A stretch of 63,703 nt of DNA, counting the filler, from Reclinomonas americana ATCC 50394 (taxonomy: Eukaryota): the NCBI GenBank assembly GCA_048213135.1. It is 25 parts of 25 records of this genome, joined end to end, with 100 filler letters (N's around TTAATTAATTAA, not from the genome) between each part and the next. Parts side by side here need not be neighbours in the genome. Positions count along the whole stretch, not along the records: positions 21,804 to 24,142 come from AFZH01023967.1; positions 24,243 to 27,200 come from AFZH01023969.1; positions 27,301 to 29,435 come from AFZH01023971.1; positions 29,536 to 32,520 come from AFZH01023972.1; positions 32,621 to 35,525 come from AFZH01023973.1; 20 more parts are not named here. One strand, 5' to 3'. Both the position numbers and the translations under genes were made by a program. Of the stretch, positions 23,829 to 33,854 are shown in pieces. Within the stretch, counting starts at the first letter, position 1, and every line of letters starts with the position of its first letter. The notes beneath the pieces are model-generated. The model was given only the letters and a program-made list of their open reading frames with translations, was not told where the DNA came from and did no database searches.

Positions 23829-24429
23829 CTAGACGCTTGTATTCACGGCCGCCGTCCGCCCCTCCGCGAACCGCGCCTGCGCCCGATCCTGCCGCTTACC
23901 GACCTCGACCATCTCCGTCGCCTTCGGCAACCCCATGGGCTTCGTCGACACGTACACGCTCTCGGCGCGGTCGACGAGGAAGGTCTCGTGCCAGATGCCG
24001 ACTGCTCCCGGAGCCTTGCGCGCCATCTTGTTGAAGCGGGTCCAGGCGGGGCGGTGCTCCTGCGACGGGCTGGACGCGTAGGCGTAGAGCTTGTCGACGG
24101 GTGACCAGTACTGCACGACGTAGGGTCCGCCGGCTCCGAACANNNNNNNNNNNNNNNNNNNNNNNNNNNNNNNNNNNNNNNNNNNNTTAATTAATTAANN
24201 NNNNNNNNNNNNNNNNNNNNNNNNNNNNNNNNNNNNNNNNNNTCAGCTGGTAGCCGAGCATGCCCGAGTCGGGGTCGGTGGAGAGTTCGCGCAGCATCGG
24301 CGGCATGGCGAAGAAGACCGGAACCCACAGGTCGGGGCGCCACCAGCGGTTGATCTGCATCCCGATGTGGAACACGACGAGCTCGCCCTCGTGGCGGTGG
24401 GTCATGCGGCCCGTGATGACTTTCGACAT
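23829..24429 (-). CDS. DUF4188 (monooxygenase-like) family protein, interrupted only by the spacer
   Basis: 24429-24243 reads MSKVITGRMTHRHEGELVVFHIGMQINRWWRPDLW...GMLGYQL. 24142-23829 reads FGAGGPYVVQYW...HRPAWTRFNK...VGIWHETFLV...ESVY. The halves join in frame with no missing base (CTG A|TG TTC). AGGAGG RBS upstream. Confidence 0.88.
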
Positions 24430-24447
24430 GATGATTCCTCCTGATTG

Positions 24448-24484
24448 GATAGCTTCACTATCTATAATGGATAGCGCTACTATC
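24448..24484. promoter_or_regulatory. Two GATAG-N5-CTATC palindromic operators flanking a perfect TATAAT -10 box
   Basis: GATAGcttcaCTATC at 24448-24462, TATAAT at 24463-24468 and GATAGcgctaCTATC at 24470-24484, in the 72-bp divergent gap between the DUF4188 and MerR-family genes. Confidence 0.75.
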
Positions 24485-24501
24485 GAAATCAAGAGGTGGC
24501 C

Positions 24502-25116
24502 ATGAGAATTTCCGAACTGTCAGCCCAGACGGGCGTGACCGTGCCGACGATTAAGTACTACCTGCGCGAGGGGCTGCTGCCTGAGGGTGAGCGCAGCGCG
24601 CCGACCCAGGCTGCGTATGGCGAGAAGCATGTTGAGCGGCTGCGGGTGATCCGGGCGCTGCTCGATGCGGGAGTGAGCATCGCCGAGACGCGGCGAGTGC
24701 TGGCGACGCTGGATGATCCGCCGGAGAGTCCGCACCTGCTGTTGGGCGCGGCGCATGGGGCGATCACGCCGCCGGTGGATGAAACCCTGGATCTGACGGA
24801 GGCTGAGCGGCTCGTCGAAGGACTCGGGTGGAAGCCGGGGATGTGCGACCCGGCCGTGCTGAGCGCGGTCGCGCGGGCTCTGCAGGGGCTGGAGAACGCG
24901 GGGTTCGTCGTGCCGGATGCCGCGATGACGGAGTACCTCGCGAGTATGCGGCGGATCGCGGATGCCGAGATCGCCGGGGTGCCGACGGAGTCCGCGGAGG
25001 CTGCGGTGCGGTACGTGGTGTTGGGGTCGGTTCTGGTTGAGCCGTTGTTGTTGGCGTTGCGGCGGGTGGCGCAGCAGGTTGCGTCGGGGGAGAGATTTGG
25101 TGAACAACGCGCATAG
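24502..25116 (+). CDS. MerR-family transcriptional regulator
   Basis: MRISELSAQTGVTVPTIKYYLREGLLP...YGEKHVERLRVIRAL is a MerR winged HTH. AGAGG lies upstream of ATG 24502. Confidence 0.92.
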   Translation: MRISELSAQTGVTVPTIKYYLREGLLPEGERSAPTQAAYGEKHVERLRVIRALLDAGVSIAETRRVLATLDDPPESPHLLLGAAHGAITPPVDETLDLTEAERLVEGLGWKPGMCDPAVLSAVARALQGLENAGFVVPDAAMTEYLASMRRIADAEIAGVPTESAEAAVRYVVLGSVLVEPLLLALRRVAQQVASGERFGEQRA

Positions 25117-25803
25117 TGGCACCGCGGCTTGTGCCCGCTCATTCGACGATGGACTCACCGTGCGCCAAGACGCCAGCTGACGTGGAGCCGAGGCGCCCCT
25201 GCTTGCGACCGACCGGAGGGTCGCGGGAGCTCGGTGCTGGCGAAGTTCTTGAGCTGTTGAGGGTGTCGATCACGCTCGCTTTGAACACAACCGAGTCGGT
25301 GAGGCTCTTCATGAGAGAGTCCGCCAACAGCTGTGCATCGCGCTCACTGCAATAGCGCCACACGATACTGGTTGGATAGTTGTCCTGTAGGAGTGGAGAC
25401 AGGGCCTGGAGCGTCTAGCCATGTCTTTGACTGGTTGCTGTGGGGTGGTCTGACACTAACTTCAGGTCCCGGTGCGTTCGCGGGTAGTCGAGAGCCGCTG
25501 CGAAGCTGACCGGGGTATCTGGCTAGGTCGCATGAAGGTGCTGGAAGTCCAAGTTCACCGTGTAGTTGTCGACTCAGGACCTCGAGGCAGAACGCTATGA
25601 CGAGCGATTCTCAGCGTGGACCGAGGCGACCTTCTGCATGTCCGCTCGCGTCGGCGCCGAGCGAGCACTGCCAGATGTGCGCGTCGACTAGATCTCGTCT
25701 TTCATACGAGGCAAGTGCCAGCCGGGCTGGTTGGGAGTGTTTTCAGTCGGGCCCAGGGCGCGGTACGGCACGTCATGGGGGAGGTCCCGCATATGCTTCA
25801 ACT

Positions 25804-27200
25804 GTGGCGAATGAAGCAGTGACTGAGGACTTGACAGCCGACCAACTACGAGACCTCGGGTACTACCTCGATGACGCGGTCATCGTCGAGCGGCAGCAGA
25901 CCCGGATCGCGGCCATCAATCGTTTGCTCAAGCTTGCGTCGAAGACCGGAGGGCCCGGCGCTGGGTACCCCGACTTCATCATCTCGAGTCCAGACCGTCC
26001 CGATTGGGTGATTCTGGTTGAAGCGAAGGCTTCGTCCCTGCGACACGAGAGTTCAGACCGAACGCGGGTCGCCGAGTATGCCGTCGATGGCGTGCTCCAC
26101 TATGCCGGCTTCGTGTCCAGAGACTTCAACGTTATAGCGATTGCAGTTTCAGGCGAGGACCTCGCCAGCTTCCGAGTGAGCACCTTCGTCCACCCGCGCG
26201 GAGCGACGGCAGCGACCCCGTTGCGCGCACGTTCCGGCGCGGATCTCGTCGAACTCGTTCCCTTCTGGGACTACATCGACGCGGCCGAATTTAGTCCGGA
26301 GGTCGAGCGCATGCGCGAAGACGAGCTGATGGACTTCTCCCGGGATCTCCACGTCTTCCTGTGGAAGTTTGCCAAGCTCACAGAGGAACAGAAACCGCTC
26401 CTCGTCTCTGGGACCTTGATTGCTCTCACGGACCAGGTGTTTGCTGCGAGCTTCGACTCTTTCACGCCACCTAAGCTGCAAAAGCGCTGGGGTGAAGTGG
26501 TACGCGAACAGATCGATGAGGCGGATATTCCGCGTGCGAAAAAGAACAACATTTATCAGCCCTACTCGGGAATCGTCGTTCATCCTCAGCTCTCGAAGTC
26601 TACAAAAGAATTTCCAAAGGGTGTCCTTAGTGAGGTCATTCGTCGCATTGCGGAGAAGGTGTGGCCGTTCATCGCGATCTACCACGCTCACGACATTGTC
26701 GGAAAGTTTTATGGTGAGTTTCTCAAGTATACCGGTGGTGATAAGCGGGCCCTCGGTATCGTCCTGACGCCCCGCCATGTAACTGAGTTGTTCTCCTTGA
26801 TCGCGAACGTCTCCCCTCGTGATCGTGTGGTTGACCCATGCGCAGGAACAGGCGGGTTTCTGATCTCCGCAATGGACAAGATGCTCCGCGGGGCAATCAC
26901 GTCGGCGGAACGTGATGCAATCAAACGAGATAATCTCATCGGTATCGAGAATCAGCCTCACATGTATGCTCTCGCAGCCTCGAATATGATCTTGCGGGGG
27001 GGGATGGGAAAGCGAATCTCTACCAGGGGTCTTGCTTCGACGATCCTGTACGGAAGGAGATCCAAGCTCGGAGGCCCAATGTTGGGATGATCAACCCCCC
27101 CTACGCGCAGGGCGAGTCTGACCTTCACGAGCTCGCGTTTGTCGACAACATGATGGACATGTTGGTTGAGGGTGGGACCGGGATCGCAATTGTTCCTTTG
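25804..27200 (+). CDS. BcgI-alpha-like (type IIB/IIG) fused endonuclease and N6-adenine methyltransferase, frameshifted at the G8 run 26996-27003, 3' truncated
   Basis: N-terminal YPDFII...ILVEAK nuclease motif; LGIVLTPRHVTELF; motif I DPCAGTGGFL; SNMILRG. After the frame change it reads DGKANLYQGSCF...GMINPPY (motif IV). Start GTG 25804 is inferred. Confidence 0.88.
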
Positions 27201-27300
27201 NNNNNNNNNNNNNNNNNNNNNNNNNNNNNNNNNNNNNNNNNNNNTTAATTAATTAANNNNNNNNNNNNNNNNNNNNNNNNNNNNNNNNNNNNNNNNNNNN

Positions 27301-27651
27301 ATTGATGTTCCGCCAGCCTTCCCTGGGGGCGTGCTCACAGTTCCCTATAATGGATCCGTCGGCCATGCGTTCTATCAGCCGGCGCCGTTCTGCGCTGGAG
27401 ACGATGTCCACGTCTTAGCGCCCATGGACGAGAGTGCGACTCCCTTTAGTCTGCTGTTCATCGCGGTCGTGATTCGCGCGGAGAAGTTTCGCTACAGCTA
27501 TGGCCGGAAATGGAATCTCGGGCGGATGGTCGGTTCTCGAATCAAGCTGCCCGCGACGGCGGACGGGCGCCCGGACCATTCGCAAATGGACAAATTCATG
27601 CGAGGGCTCCCTTTTGCCGCCGCACTCGACGAGTCGGCAGCCACGGCCTGA
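27301..27651 (+). CDS. Restriction-modification specificity subunit (BcgI-beta/HsdS-like), C-terminal part
   Basis: LTVPYNGSVGHAFYQ..FCAGDDVHVL...LFIAVVI...RYSYGRKW...IKLP...PD..QMDKFM is typical of BcgIB-like S subunits. It follows the alpha gene across one spacer. Confidence 0.85.
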   Translation: MDVPPAFPGGVLTVPYNGSVGHAFYQPAPFCAGDDVHVLAPMDESATPFSLLFIAVVIRAEKFRYSYGRKWNLGRMVGSRIKLPATADGRPDHSQMDKFMRGLPFAAALDESAATA

Positions 27652-27666
27652 CAGCTCGAGAGCACG

Positions 27667-27906
27667 AGTCGGACGCTCTGATCGCGACCATGATCATCAC
27701 GGCCACCAGCCCCGCCATCGGGATCGTCCCGACGAAGTTGCCGAACACTACGACCAGCAAGAACAGGAAGATCCCGGCGCAGAACGTCGAGATGCGGGTG
27801 CGCGCCCCTGGCGCCTTCACGTTGATCATCGTCTGGCCGATCATGGCGCATCCGCCCATGCCGCCGAAGGTTCTGGAGAGCGTGTTGACCACGCCCTCGA
27901 TCCACG
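27667..27906 (-). pseudogene. Internal fragment of a sulP-family gene
   Basis: Ungapped high-identity match to 30572-30811 (FGGMGGCAMIGQTMINVKAPGARTRISTFCAGIFLFLLVVVFG). Has neither the start nor the end of the gene. Confidence 0.9.
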
Positions 27907-28144
27907 ACTTGCACGGGCGGTGCTAGTCAGTCGGTCAACCGCTTCCGCGGCGCCGCACAGCGCGAGGGATTCGCCGCAGATACCCGCTGACCTGCGACAT
28001 CACGTGCGGAAGCATTTTCATATAATGCGCATCGAGCGACTCGAACAGATGCGTCTTAACGCCTCGATGTCTGCCGGGAACCCTTTCGCCAGAATCTAGT
28101 GACGCCGAAGAAGCGGATTCACCGGCGCGAGCGGCACTGCCGAG

Positions 28145-29008
28145 TCAGGCGTGACCCTGCTTCCCGAGGTCGGCTCCTTCCCATGTGGAGCTCTGTTTCG
28201 AGCTCTCCGCCCCATCAACCACATCCATCGAGACGTCGAACACATCCAGGGAGATTTCGCGAAGGACGAGTGCATTCTCGGAACAAACGCTAGAGCCGTC
28301 GCTGCGGTATAACTGTTCGATCGAGCTCGGGTTAACGAAACGGCCCCCAAGGGGATCGGATGTATTGATCCGCCCCTCCCGCCACCGCCGTTTTGCACGA
28401 CGGAGCGCTTCTTCCAAAGAAACCTGGACATCGATGATTTTCAGCGAGACGTAGTCCCGGCCCTTCAGCTTCTCGGCGAGAATGCGGGGTTGTTCATCCC
28501 AAGCGAGTGTCCCCTGCATGATGATGTTCTCTCCGCGGCGCAGCGATTCGAATATGACTGCGTCGGCGATCGCGGTCGATTCGCGATGTACAAGGCTCGA
28601 GAGTTCGCGCAAGGTGACAGGCCGGCCGTCGGCAAGTTCGTTGGCGAGCAGATCGTCAAAGACGCCGTCCGCGTTGCATTTCTCAAGCAGTCGGTCCTTG
28701 ATGATATCGGAGTCTATGTTCCGATAGGACCCGTCAAGCAAGCCTCTCCGAGCGAGTGAGGTCGACTTGCCTGCGCCTGGCGCTCCAGCGGTTACGATGG
28801 CCACCCGGGCATCGACGGTGACGTCGGCTTGGAGGCTGAAGTACCAATCGGCAACGTCGAACTGGCGGCGCAGTAGTTCGACATCGTTGAACCATCGGTT
28901 TGTTGCTCGTGGGCTATTGATGGCGTGGGCTGAGCCTTCAGCTGACAGCTCGACGAGCGCCGAGTGCACCAACTCGAGCTCATCCTCTCGGGGGTCAGTC
29001 GCTTGCAT
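28145..29008 (-). CDS. Zeta-toxin-family P-loop kinase
   Basis: AIVTAGAPGAGKST Walker A; NIDSDIIK; LVHRES; NIIMQGTL; GGRFV. Overlaps the upstream gene by 14 bp. Confidence 0.85.
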   Translation of the reverse strand: MQATDPREDELELVHSALVELSAEGSAHAINSPRATNRWFNDVELLRRQFDVADWYFSLQADVTVDARVAIVTAGAPGAGKSTSLARRGLLDGSYRNIDSDIIKDRLLEKCNADGVFDDLLANELADGRPVTLRELSSLVHRESTAIADAVIFESLRRGENIIMQGTLAWDEQPRILAEKLKGRDYVSLKIIDVQVSLEEALRRAKRRWREGRINTSDPLGGRFVNPSSIEQLYRSDGSSVCSENALVLREISLDVFDVSMDVVDGAESSKQSSTWEGADLGKQGHA

Positions 29009-29432
29009 CGGCTTGCCTCAGCGCCTCGATGCCTTCCAAGACAAGGTCAAACTCCGCACGGCTGATCGAGCCAGCTAGCGCGAGATGGGTGAGCTCGTCC
29101 CCCGACCCCGGTACGTACCCATACTCGCGGGAATCCTCAGGGAAAGTCCCCCTCTCGTAGGGATAGGCCGCAAGAAGCGCCAGGAGGTCAGTGCGATTGA
29201 TCTGGCCAATCAAGTGCCGGTCGTAGAGCTCTTGCGGGGACAGTTGAATCGCGGAAGGCTCCTCGTGCGCGTCGCGTAAACGCCGATTGACATACGTCTG
29301 GTTTTTTCCGAGCGCTGAAGCGATCTGCCGTTGGGTCATCCCATGCTGACTCGCCAGGACTATTAGACGCAGGGTGGCTCGTTGCGTCGTGGAGTCGATG
29401 GCAGCCTGCTTTCGCATGAGCCCGTTGATCAA
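28995..29432 (-). CDS. HTH protein, putative antitoxin of the zeta toxin (5' end near the contig edge)
   Basis: GMTQRQIASALGKNQTYVNRRL helix-turn-helix. Lies directly upstream of and overlaps the zeta gene. Confidence 0.65.
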   Translation of the reverse strand: MINGLMRKQAAIDSTTQRATLRLIVLASQHGMTQRQIASALGKNQTYVNRRLRDAHEEPSAIQLSPQELYDRHLIGQINRTDLLALLAAYPYERGTFPEDSREYGYVPGSGDELTHLALAGSISRAEFDLVLEGIEALRQADASD

Positions 29433-29535
29433 AATNNNNNNNNNNNNNNNNNNNNNNNNNNNNNNNNNNNNNNNNNNNNTTAATTAATTAANNNNNNNNN
29501 NNNNNNNNNNNNNNNNNNNNNNNNNNNNNNNNNNN

Positions 29536-30034
29536 TCGCGACGCTCATGTTCAGCACTTCACTGACGGTGGCGCCCAATTGCTCTAGAGCCTCTGTTATG
29601 AAGTCTGAGACTTGGTAAGTGCAGTCGACGATGGCGTCACGCGCGGGGGCAAGATATTCGGCCGGCTTGCTGAACAGGACGCGCAACGTGGGCAGGAACC
29701 CGAGCGAAGGAACCAGCATCGCCGGGAAGGCGGTGAGCTGGTCGACCAAACCGTGCCGCAGGTTGTCGGCGACCAGCTGAGGGACGGACTCCGTGTTCCA
29801 GTGGAAGTCCCTGTTCAAACCTTCCGCATCAAGACCGAAGGACGCCGTGCAGGCCAACTGAGCCAGGCGGGTGCCCGCTTCTCGAGGACTTGGCGGGTGC
29901 GGAGGTTGACCAACCGCCTCGCGTAGCGCGGCCTTTGCGGATTCAACATCACCGCGATCAAGCATCTCGAGGACATCTACGGCAAGGTTGTGCTCGCTGT
30001 CGGGCGGACTGCTCAAGGTGGTCCACTGATTCAT
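29536..30034 (-). CDS. Hypothetical protein, 3' truncated
   Basis: Open frame from ATG 30034 to the contig edge. No family recognised. Confidence 0.45.
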
Positions 30035-30116
30035 AATGAATCAACTCTATCCGGATTGGCCACCCAGAACCAGTGTTCGTTCTCAGTGCGGCGACGGAGT
30101 AATGGTCCAGGTGGAT

Positions 30117-31619
30117 CTACCCGAACCCACCCGTCAGCCGTCCCCGCATCCGCGAACTACTCTCATTCATCCCCACGATCGCCACCGTCTTCCCCAACGC
30201 CACATACTTCGTCTCAATCGCATCCAACGCGGCAACCGTCGACGCATCCCACACGTGTGACCCCGACAGGTCAATGACGACGCGACCAGGATCGGATGAG
30301 TAGGAGAACAACGTCGTCAGATCATTACTCGAGGCGAAGAACAGCTCCCCCTCCACGACATACGTCGCAACATCCTCAGCAGCAGACAGAGAACGAGTAA
30401 CCGTCACGAAGTGCGCCACCCGCCGCACGAACAGCACCGACGCGACCAGTACCCCACCGACAACCCCGACCGCCAGGTTGTGCGTCAACAGCACCAACAC
30501 AACAGTCGCGATCATCACGAAGGTCTCGCTCTTCGGCATCCGCTTCAACGTCGACGGGCGAACGCTGTGCCAGTCGAACGCTCCGAACGCGACCATGATC
30601 ATCACGGCCACGAGCGCCGCCATCGGGATGGTCCCGACGAAGTCGCCGAACACGACCACCAGCAGGAACAGGAAGATCCCGGCGCAGAACGTCGAGATGC
30701 GGGTGCGCGCCCCTGACGCCTTCACGTTGATCATCGTCTGACCGATCACGGCGCAGCCGCCCATGCCCCCGAAGATCCCCGACAGCACGTTCGACACCCC
30801 CTGCGCCCACGCCTCGCGTCCCTTGCGGGAGTGGGTGTCGGTGATCTCGTCGACGAGCTTCGCGGTGAGCAGCGACTCCAGCAGTCCGACCACCGCGACT
30901 CCGAGCGCGAACGGCGCGATGATCGTGAACGTCTCCCACGTCAGCGGCACGTTCGGGATGAACAGGGAGGGAAGGCTGCGCGGCAGCTCGCCCTGGTCGC
31001 CGACTGTCGGCACGGTGATCGCGAACGCCAGCACGACGCCCGTCACGATCACGACCGACACGAGCGGAGCCGGCACGATCTTGGTGATCTTCGGCATCAC
31101 GATCATCACGATGATCCCGAGCGCCACCAGCGGATACACCAGCCACGGCACATCGATCAGCTGCGGGAACTGCGAACTGAACACGAAGATCGCCAGAGCG
31201 TTCACGAACCCGACCATGACGCTCCGAGGGATGAACCGCATCAGCTTCGCGACGCCGAGCACCCCGAGGATCACCTGGAACACCCCCGCGAGGATCACCG
31301 TCGCGATGAAGTAGTCCAGCCCGTACATCGGCGCGACCGGGGCGATCACCAGCGCCACGGCTCCGGTCGCCGCGGTCACCATCGCCGGACGTCCGCCGAG
31401 GAACGCTATCGACACCGCCATGATGAACGACGAGAACAGCCCCACCTTCGGGTCGACCCCGGCGATCACTGAGAACGCGATCGCCTCGGGGATCAGCGCC
31501 AGCCCGACGACGAGTCCGGCCAAGACCTCGCGGGTCAGCATCCGCGGATTCTTCAGCGCCTGAAGCACCGTGGGATTCGCCCGATAGCGGGCACGATCAT
31601 CGACCGTCGTTGCAGACAT
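30117..31619 (-). CDS. SulP-family inorganic anion transporter with C-terminal STAS domain
   Basis: EVLAGLVVGLALIPEAIAFSVIAGVDP; GGRPAMVTAATGA; GGMGGCAVIGQTMIN; YVVEGELFFASS...VVIDLS..HVWD. Confidence 0.96.
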   Translation of the reverse strand: MSATTVDDRARYRANPTVLQALKNPRMLTREVLAGLVVGLALIPEAIAFSVIAGVDPKVGLFSSFIMAVSIAFLGGRPAMVTAATGAVALVIAPVAPMYGLDYFIATVILAGVFQVILGVLGVAKLMRFIPRSVMVGFVNALAIFVFSSQFPQLIDVPWLVYPLVALGIIVMIVMPKITKIVPAPLVSVVIVTGVVLAFAITVPTVGDQGELPRSLPSLFIPNVPLTWETFTIIAPFALGVAVVGLLESLLTAKLVDEITDTHSRKGREAWAQGVSNVLSGIFGGMGGCAVIGQTMINVKASGARTRISTFCAGIFLFLLVVVFGDFVGTIPMAALVAVMIMVAFGAFDWHSVRPSTLKRMPKSETFVMIATVVLVLLTHNLAVGVVGGVLVASVLFVRRVAHFVTVTRSLSAAEDVATYVVEGELFFASSNDLTTLFSYSSDPGRVVIDLSGSHVWDASTVAALDAIETKYVALGKTVAIVGMNESSSRMRGRLTGGFG

Positions 31620-31695
31620 GGGAGCTCCAGGGGATGGCGCCCCGAGAGATGGGGCAGACGTTCCAGCGTAGAGCGGATGCTGCGGGGACAGGATC

Positions 31696-32520
31696 TCAGC
31701 TGCGGCGACGGAACAGCCGCTGCAGCGGGCTGAGCGCGTCTTCGGCCGCGGTCTGCTGCTCCTCCCACGCGAGATACACGGGAGCGTAACCGCGCGTGCG
31801 GCGTTCCAGATGGCGTGACGTCATCGTCGCCGCGACCCGCGAGAGAAGTCGCCGACCCCACCAATCGACCGGTGCCCAGAGTGCCGCGGCGTGTACGAGG
31901 GTGACGAGCAGGATCATGATGCTGATCGGCGCAGTGCGCTCGTTGGCGAACAAGAAGACCGAGGCGAACGCGATGCTCGCCGCTGCTCCCAGCGCAGCAA
32001 AAGCGGAACCGCGCCAGACGCGCGCCTGCGAGGAGTCGGCCTTGTCCGCCGTCGAGAGCCACGCGAACGTCAGGATCACTGGGCCGTAGGCGGTGACGCC
32101 GGCCATGAAGAGCCACTTCGCGGAAAAACCGAAGTCCATGCCCCAGGTGAAGCTGCCGATGATGGCGCCGAGCACTGTCTGGGCCACTACCGGCGCGACG
32201 ATGAAAAGGGCGACGACCGCCCACGCAGTCCGTGTCGTGCCCTCATGCCAACCGCGTCCGAGCGCTTCATCCGCCCAGAACTCACGCAGAGCGAGATCAC
32301 GATCGGCCTTCAGATATCGTTGCTCAATCGGCGCCGGGATAGGAGGATCCAGTCGCTCGGCCAGCACGAAGGTCACGAAGGACAGAAGCAAGGCGAAGAA
32401 GACGGTCGCGAGCTGCTGGGGAGTCACCACGACAATCACCACGGCGAACATCAGCACGAACGTGAGAGCGCCGCGCACGGCCCATGCGATGAGCCGGACC
32501 GCCTCGTCTCTCTCCGAATC
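31696..32520 (-). CDS. Hypothetical multi-pass membrane protein, 5' truncated
   Basis: Several hydrophobic segments in an ORF of more than 260 aa with high-GC codon usage. Confidence 0.6.
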   Translation of the reverse strand, partial: DSERDEAVRLIAWAVRGALTFVLMFAVVIVVVTPQQLATVFFALLLSFVTFVLAERLDPPIPAPIEQRYLKADRDLALREFWADEALGRGWHEGTTRTAWAVVALFIVAPVVAQTVLGAIIGSFTWGMDFGFSAKWLFMAGVTAYGPVILTFAWLSTADKADSSQARVWRGSAFAALGAAASIAFASVFLFANERTAPISIMILLVTLVHAAALWAPVDWWGRRLLSRVAATMTSRHLERRTRGYAPVYLAWEEQQTAAEDALSPLQRLFRRRS

Positions 32521-32628
32521 NNNNNNNNNNNNNNNNNNNNNNNNNNNNNNNNNNNNNNNNNNNNTTAATTAATTAANNNNNNNNNNNNNNNNNNNNNNNN
32601 NNNNNNNNNNNNNNNNNNNNAAGCGCTG

Positions 32629-33267
32629 ATGCCACCCGCCCGATCCAGACCGGAGCCCGACGTGCACGATGAGACGACCGCCCCTGTGGCGAAGGCATCG
32701 CGCGGCGCGAGCACGCGTCAGCGGATCCTCGACGCCGCCAACGAGCTGTTCTACAACCACGGCATCCGCGCGACGAGCGCCGACCGCATCATCGAGCAGG
32801 TCGGCATCACCAAGGTCACGTTCTACCGGCACTTCCGCGCGAAGAGCGACCTCGTCGTCGCCTACTTGGAGCAGCAGTCGGCCGCCGAACGGGCGTGGTT
32901 GACGAGCACGGTCCACGAGGGAGAACCGCTCGCGACAGTGCACACCGTCGCCGCCGGCATCGGTGCGGCCAGTTGCAGCCCCGGATTCCGCGGATGTGCG
33001 TTCATCAACGCGGCGGCCGAGTATCCCGACCCCGAGGATCCGGTCCGCATCGCCGTCGACGCTCACCGCGCCTGGCTCATCGACTTCTTCGCGGCGATCG
33101 CCGAGCAGGCGGGGGCACGCGATGTGACGTCCGTGGCGAACCAGCTCATGATCCTCCGCGACGGCGCGATGGTCAACGGCTACCTCGGCGACGCCCCCGC
33201 GCTCGCCGCGTCTCTCGAGGCCGGCTTCACCTCGATCCTCGGTTCGGTCGGCGACGGCAGACGGTGA
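32629..33267 (+). CDS. TetR/AcrR-family regulator
   Basis: TRQRILDAANELFYNHGIRATSADRIIEQVGITKVTFYRHFRAKSDLV; FRGCAFINAAAEY. Start uncertain. Confidence 0.93.
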   Translation: MPPARSRPEPDVHDETTAPVAKASRGASTRQRILDAANELFYNHGIRATSADRIIEQVGITKVTFYRHFRAKSDLVVAYLEQQSAAERAWLTSTVHEGEPLATVHTVAAGIGAASCSPGFRGCAFINAAAEYPDPEDPVRIAVDAHRAWLIDFFAAIAEQAGARDVTSVANQLMILRDGAMVNGYLGDAPALAASLEAGFTSILGSVGDGRR

Positions 33268-33341
33268 CGTTCGCGCGCGCCCTTCCCTCCCGGACGGATG
33301 CTGCGCGAGGATGAAGAGGACCGCCGACGAAGGAGACCGCC

Positions 33342-33851
33342 GTGACGCTGCCCCAGGCCTCGCCGCCGAACACCGCTGTCGACGCTCTCCCCGGCGCGAC
33401 CGTGATCGGACGCATCCGGCGCCTGCTGATCGTCGCGTTGGTCGCCGGGCTGTTGTTCCCCGCCTTCACGAGCGGCAGCAGAGGCGGCTGCCCCGGTGGC
33501 GTCAGCTCTGACGGCGGGTTCGTCGATGCAACCGGACAGGCGGTCGACCAAGCTCCGCGCTGCGTGAACCTCGAGCTCGGACCAAACCCCCTCGTCTTCG
33601 CCGGCATCGCGCTGATCGTGCTGCTCGCGATCGGACGGGTCATGAGGGCGGCCGACGAACCTGCTGCCGTGCGCATCCTCGACCGCGCGGCGATCCTCGT
33701 CGTCGTGCTCGTCCTTGTCGCCGCGGTGGTCTCGCAGGTGTGGTTCCGCCTGGTTTCTCTGGAGACTTTCGACAGTGACTCCTGGTCGCTCGTCAGCCCG
33801 TTCCCGTTCGCAATCATCGACGTCGAGATCACTCGGATGACGACGCGCTGA
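33342..33851 (+). CDS. Hypothetical membrane protein (3 hydrophobic segments)
   Basis: AAGGAG RBS before GTG 33342. Abuts the HAD gene. Confidence 0.7.
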   Translation: MTLPQASPPNTAVDALPGATVIGRIRRLLIVALVAGLLFPAFTSGSRGGCPGGVSSDGGFVDATGQAVDQAPRCVNLELGPNPLVFAGIALIVLLAIGRVMRAADEPAAVRILDRAAILVVVLVLVAAVVSQVWFRLVSLETFDSDSWSLVSPFPFAIIDVEITRMTTR

Positions 33852-33854
33852 TTG

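Noticed and set aside
25597..25803. N-terminal extension of the RM alpha ORF from ATG 25597
   Set aside because: Low-complexity, non-homologous-looking sequence. The family-like start (M)ANEAVTE begins at GTG 25804.
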